A stretch of 50,410 nt of DNA, counting the filler, from Jimgerdemannia flammicorona (Eukaryota): the NCBI GenBank assembly GCA_003990765.1. It is 2 parts of 2 records of this genome, joined end to end, with 100 filler letters (N's around TTAATTAATTAA, not from the genome) between each part and the next. Parts side by side here need not be neighbours in the genome. Positions count along the whole stretch, not along the records: positions 25,257 to 50,410 come from RBNJ01000875.1; 1 more part is not named here. The stretch is one strand, 5' to 3'. Within the stretch, counting starts at the first letter, position 1. Each line of letters starts with the position of its first letter. Of the stretch, positions 48,871-50,410 are shown in pieces. The notes under the pieces were generated by a model that was not told where the DNA came from, did not search any database, and was given only the letters and a program-made list of their open reading frames with translations. The position numbers were made by a program, and so were the translations under genes.

Positions 48871-49950
48871 GGTCCAACGCCATTGCAGCCGGTTATAAGC
48901 CAACCGATCAACTCTAAAAATTTCCTCAATGGAGCCCAAACGATACAAGTGCACAAGCTGTGCCGACTTTCGTTTCTGAAGTTTATTTTTTTACAAGAAA
49001 CTCTGTTATGTACTTAGCCTTGTTGAATTAACTAAGGATATAGTAGAGTTTTTGAAAGGCATACAAGTTAGTCGCCGGTGACGTTGATTCCCAACACTAT
49101 CTTAAATATAAACAATTATCGCATATTGTGTGTGCTAGCCCTTATCTTATTGATATATAACCTGATGCAAATAAAACACGCATCCACCTTCAAACACTAA
49201 TTATTTCCCTATAGTAAATGTCGACAGGGTTATCGTGGTAATTCCTTGAATATTCGTACCCTGATTACCTGAGTCAGCATAAGCGTACATACAAAGTAAG
49301 CTCGGCGAAATCCATACGCTCAACCAATAAGTCGCAGAATCGTGTAACGAAAGGTGTATATAGCCTTGACTAAGGCGGTGTGTTCATTTCAAGAAGTGAA
49401 ATCTACTCGATGTCACATCAGACACATTACGCAATGCAGGCCCCATCACCTCATGGATTACCAGCCCTCGTATGCACGGCGCCTCCGCCTTATCGCGCTT
49501 TCCCTGGCGACTGTAGAATCCAGCCAGATCGTCCATAAATGGTGTTGTTCCCGAGGGCATTTTTTCTCCTGACCTATCATTGGTCGTTTATAAAGCGATT
49601 CGGCCCTGTAACACTTGTCCTGGCTGTCGTAAATCACCGTGGCTGTATGCTCTGATCCCAACACACTCGTAAATATCCAGAGCTTATTTGTACAGCCCTG
49701 GCGTTTGTAGATTGTTTAGAGAGGTTGCCGTGCCTCGGTGCTCTATTTTCAACACCCTCTCGCCAGCGCCCGTTCGAACAGCGGCGGCCTTGTCGTATTT
49801 ACCCCCGATGATGATAGAAGATAGGCATGCAGTACTGACATTGGGTGAGCATACCCGAGCAATATCTTTGAAATCAAAAGCACAACGTTTCAGTTAAACA
49901 GAATTTACGAGTTGAAGGGGGGTAGGATGGGTCTCATGTGATATATTGCG

Positions 49951-49985
<35 letters not shown>

Positions 49986-50410
49986 ACTGGGATTATGTAC
50001 AGAATGCAATAGATATGAAGCCAGTATGCATCCAATATGGATCAGTTTCTCGGATGGTAAACACGTTCGGAGGATAAACCGTCCCACAAATATACTGTCG
50101 ATTCTACTTCTGCGCGCATCCTGCATTTAGAGCGGTATAATTGAACAAGTCGAATTTTGCCAAACTGGAGAAAATGGACGTAATGCGCGGATTGCTATCT
50201 TTTTATAGCTCGGCTTTGACGTTCATCTTTGAGCTGCAGACAGGTATGGTCGTCCGACCGAGGAATGAAGGAGGCGGATGGCTTGAAAAGCTCGTTCTTC
50301 TAAAATGGTCCATGGTGCATTCATACTAGTTAGTGCAGATGATTTCAATAAGCCAAGCGAACTATTAGCCTTTTTGTTTCTTTCATTCAGGTTTAGCCTT
50401 TTTTTTTTTT

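Noticed and set aside
49200..50410. Short ORFs at the right end
   Set aside because: No recognisable domains; probably intergenic or unassignable exons.

Overview
This is eukaryotic, very probably fungal, DNA. Positions 1 to about 45,270 form an island of nested, decayed retrotransposons, followed by about 5 kb of CpG-normal host-like DNA with a frameshifted SEL1/ankyrin-repeat gene. Elements resolved by reading through transition-derived stop codons: (1) four L1/Tx1-like LINE copies, one full length with a 14-bp TSD and poly(A); (2) a chromoviral Ty3/Gypsy family present as one complete 9.2-kb copy (795/796-bp LTRs, CTGAC TSD, PBS, PPT), two partial copies and a partial LTR; (3) a second Gypsy with a short-LTR Copia nested in its RT; (4) an Ngaro-type tyrosine-recombinase retrotransposon whose 5' repeat is split by a complete DIRS1-type element. 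The most unusual item is the complete chromovirus. It has an in-frame dUTPase between the Gag zinc knuckle and the protease, and an extra ~275-codon sense ORF with its own TATA-like motif between pol and the 3' LTR, conserved in two copies. Nearly all repeats show heavy C>T/G>A hypermutation that fades at both ends of the island. An artificial N/TTAATTAATTAA linker at 25,157-25,256 means the two halves may not be contiguous. All calls are by-eye motif and repeat recognition; no database searches were run.
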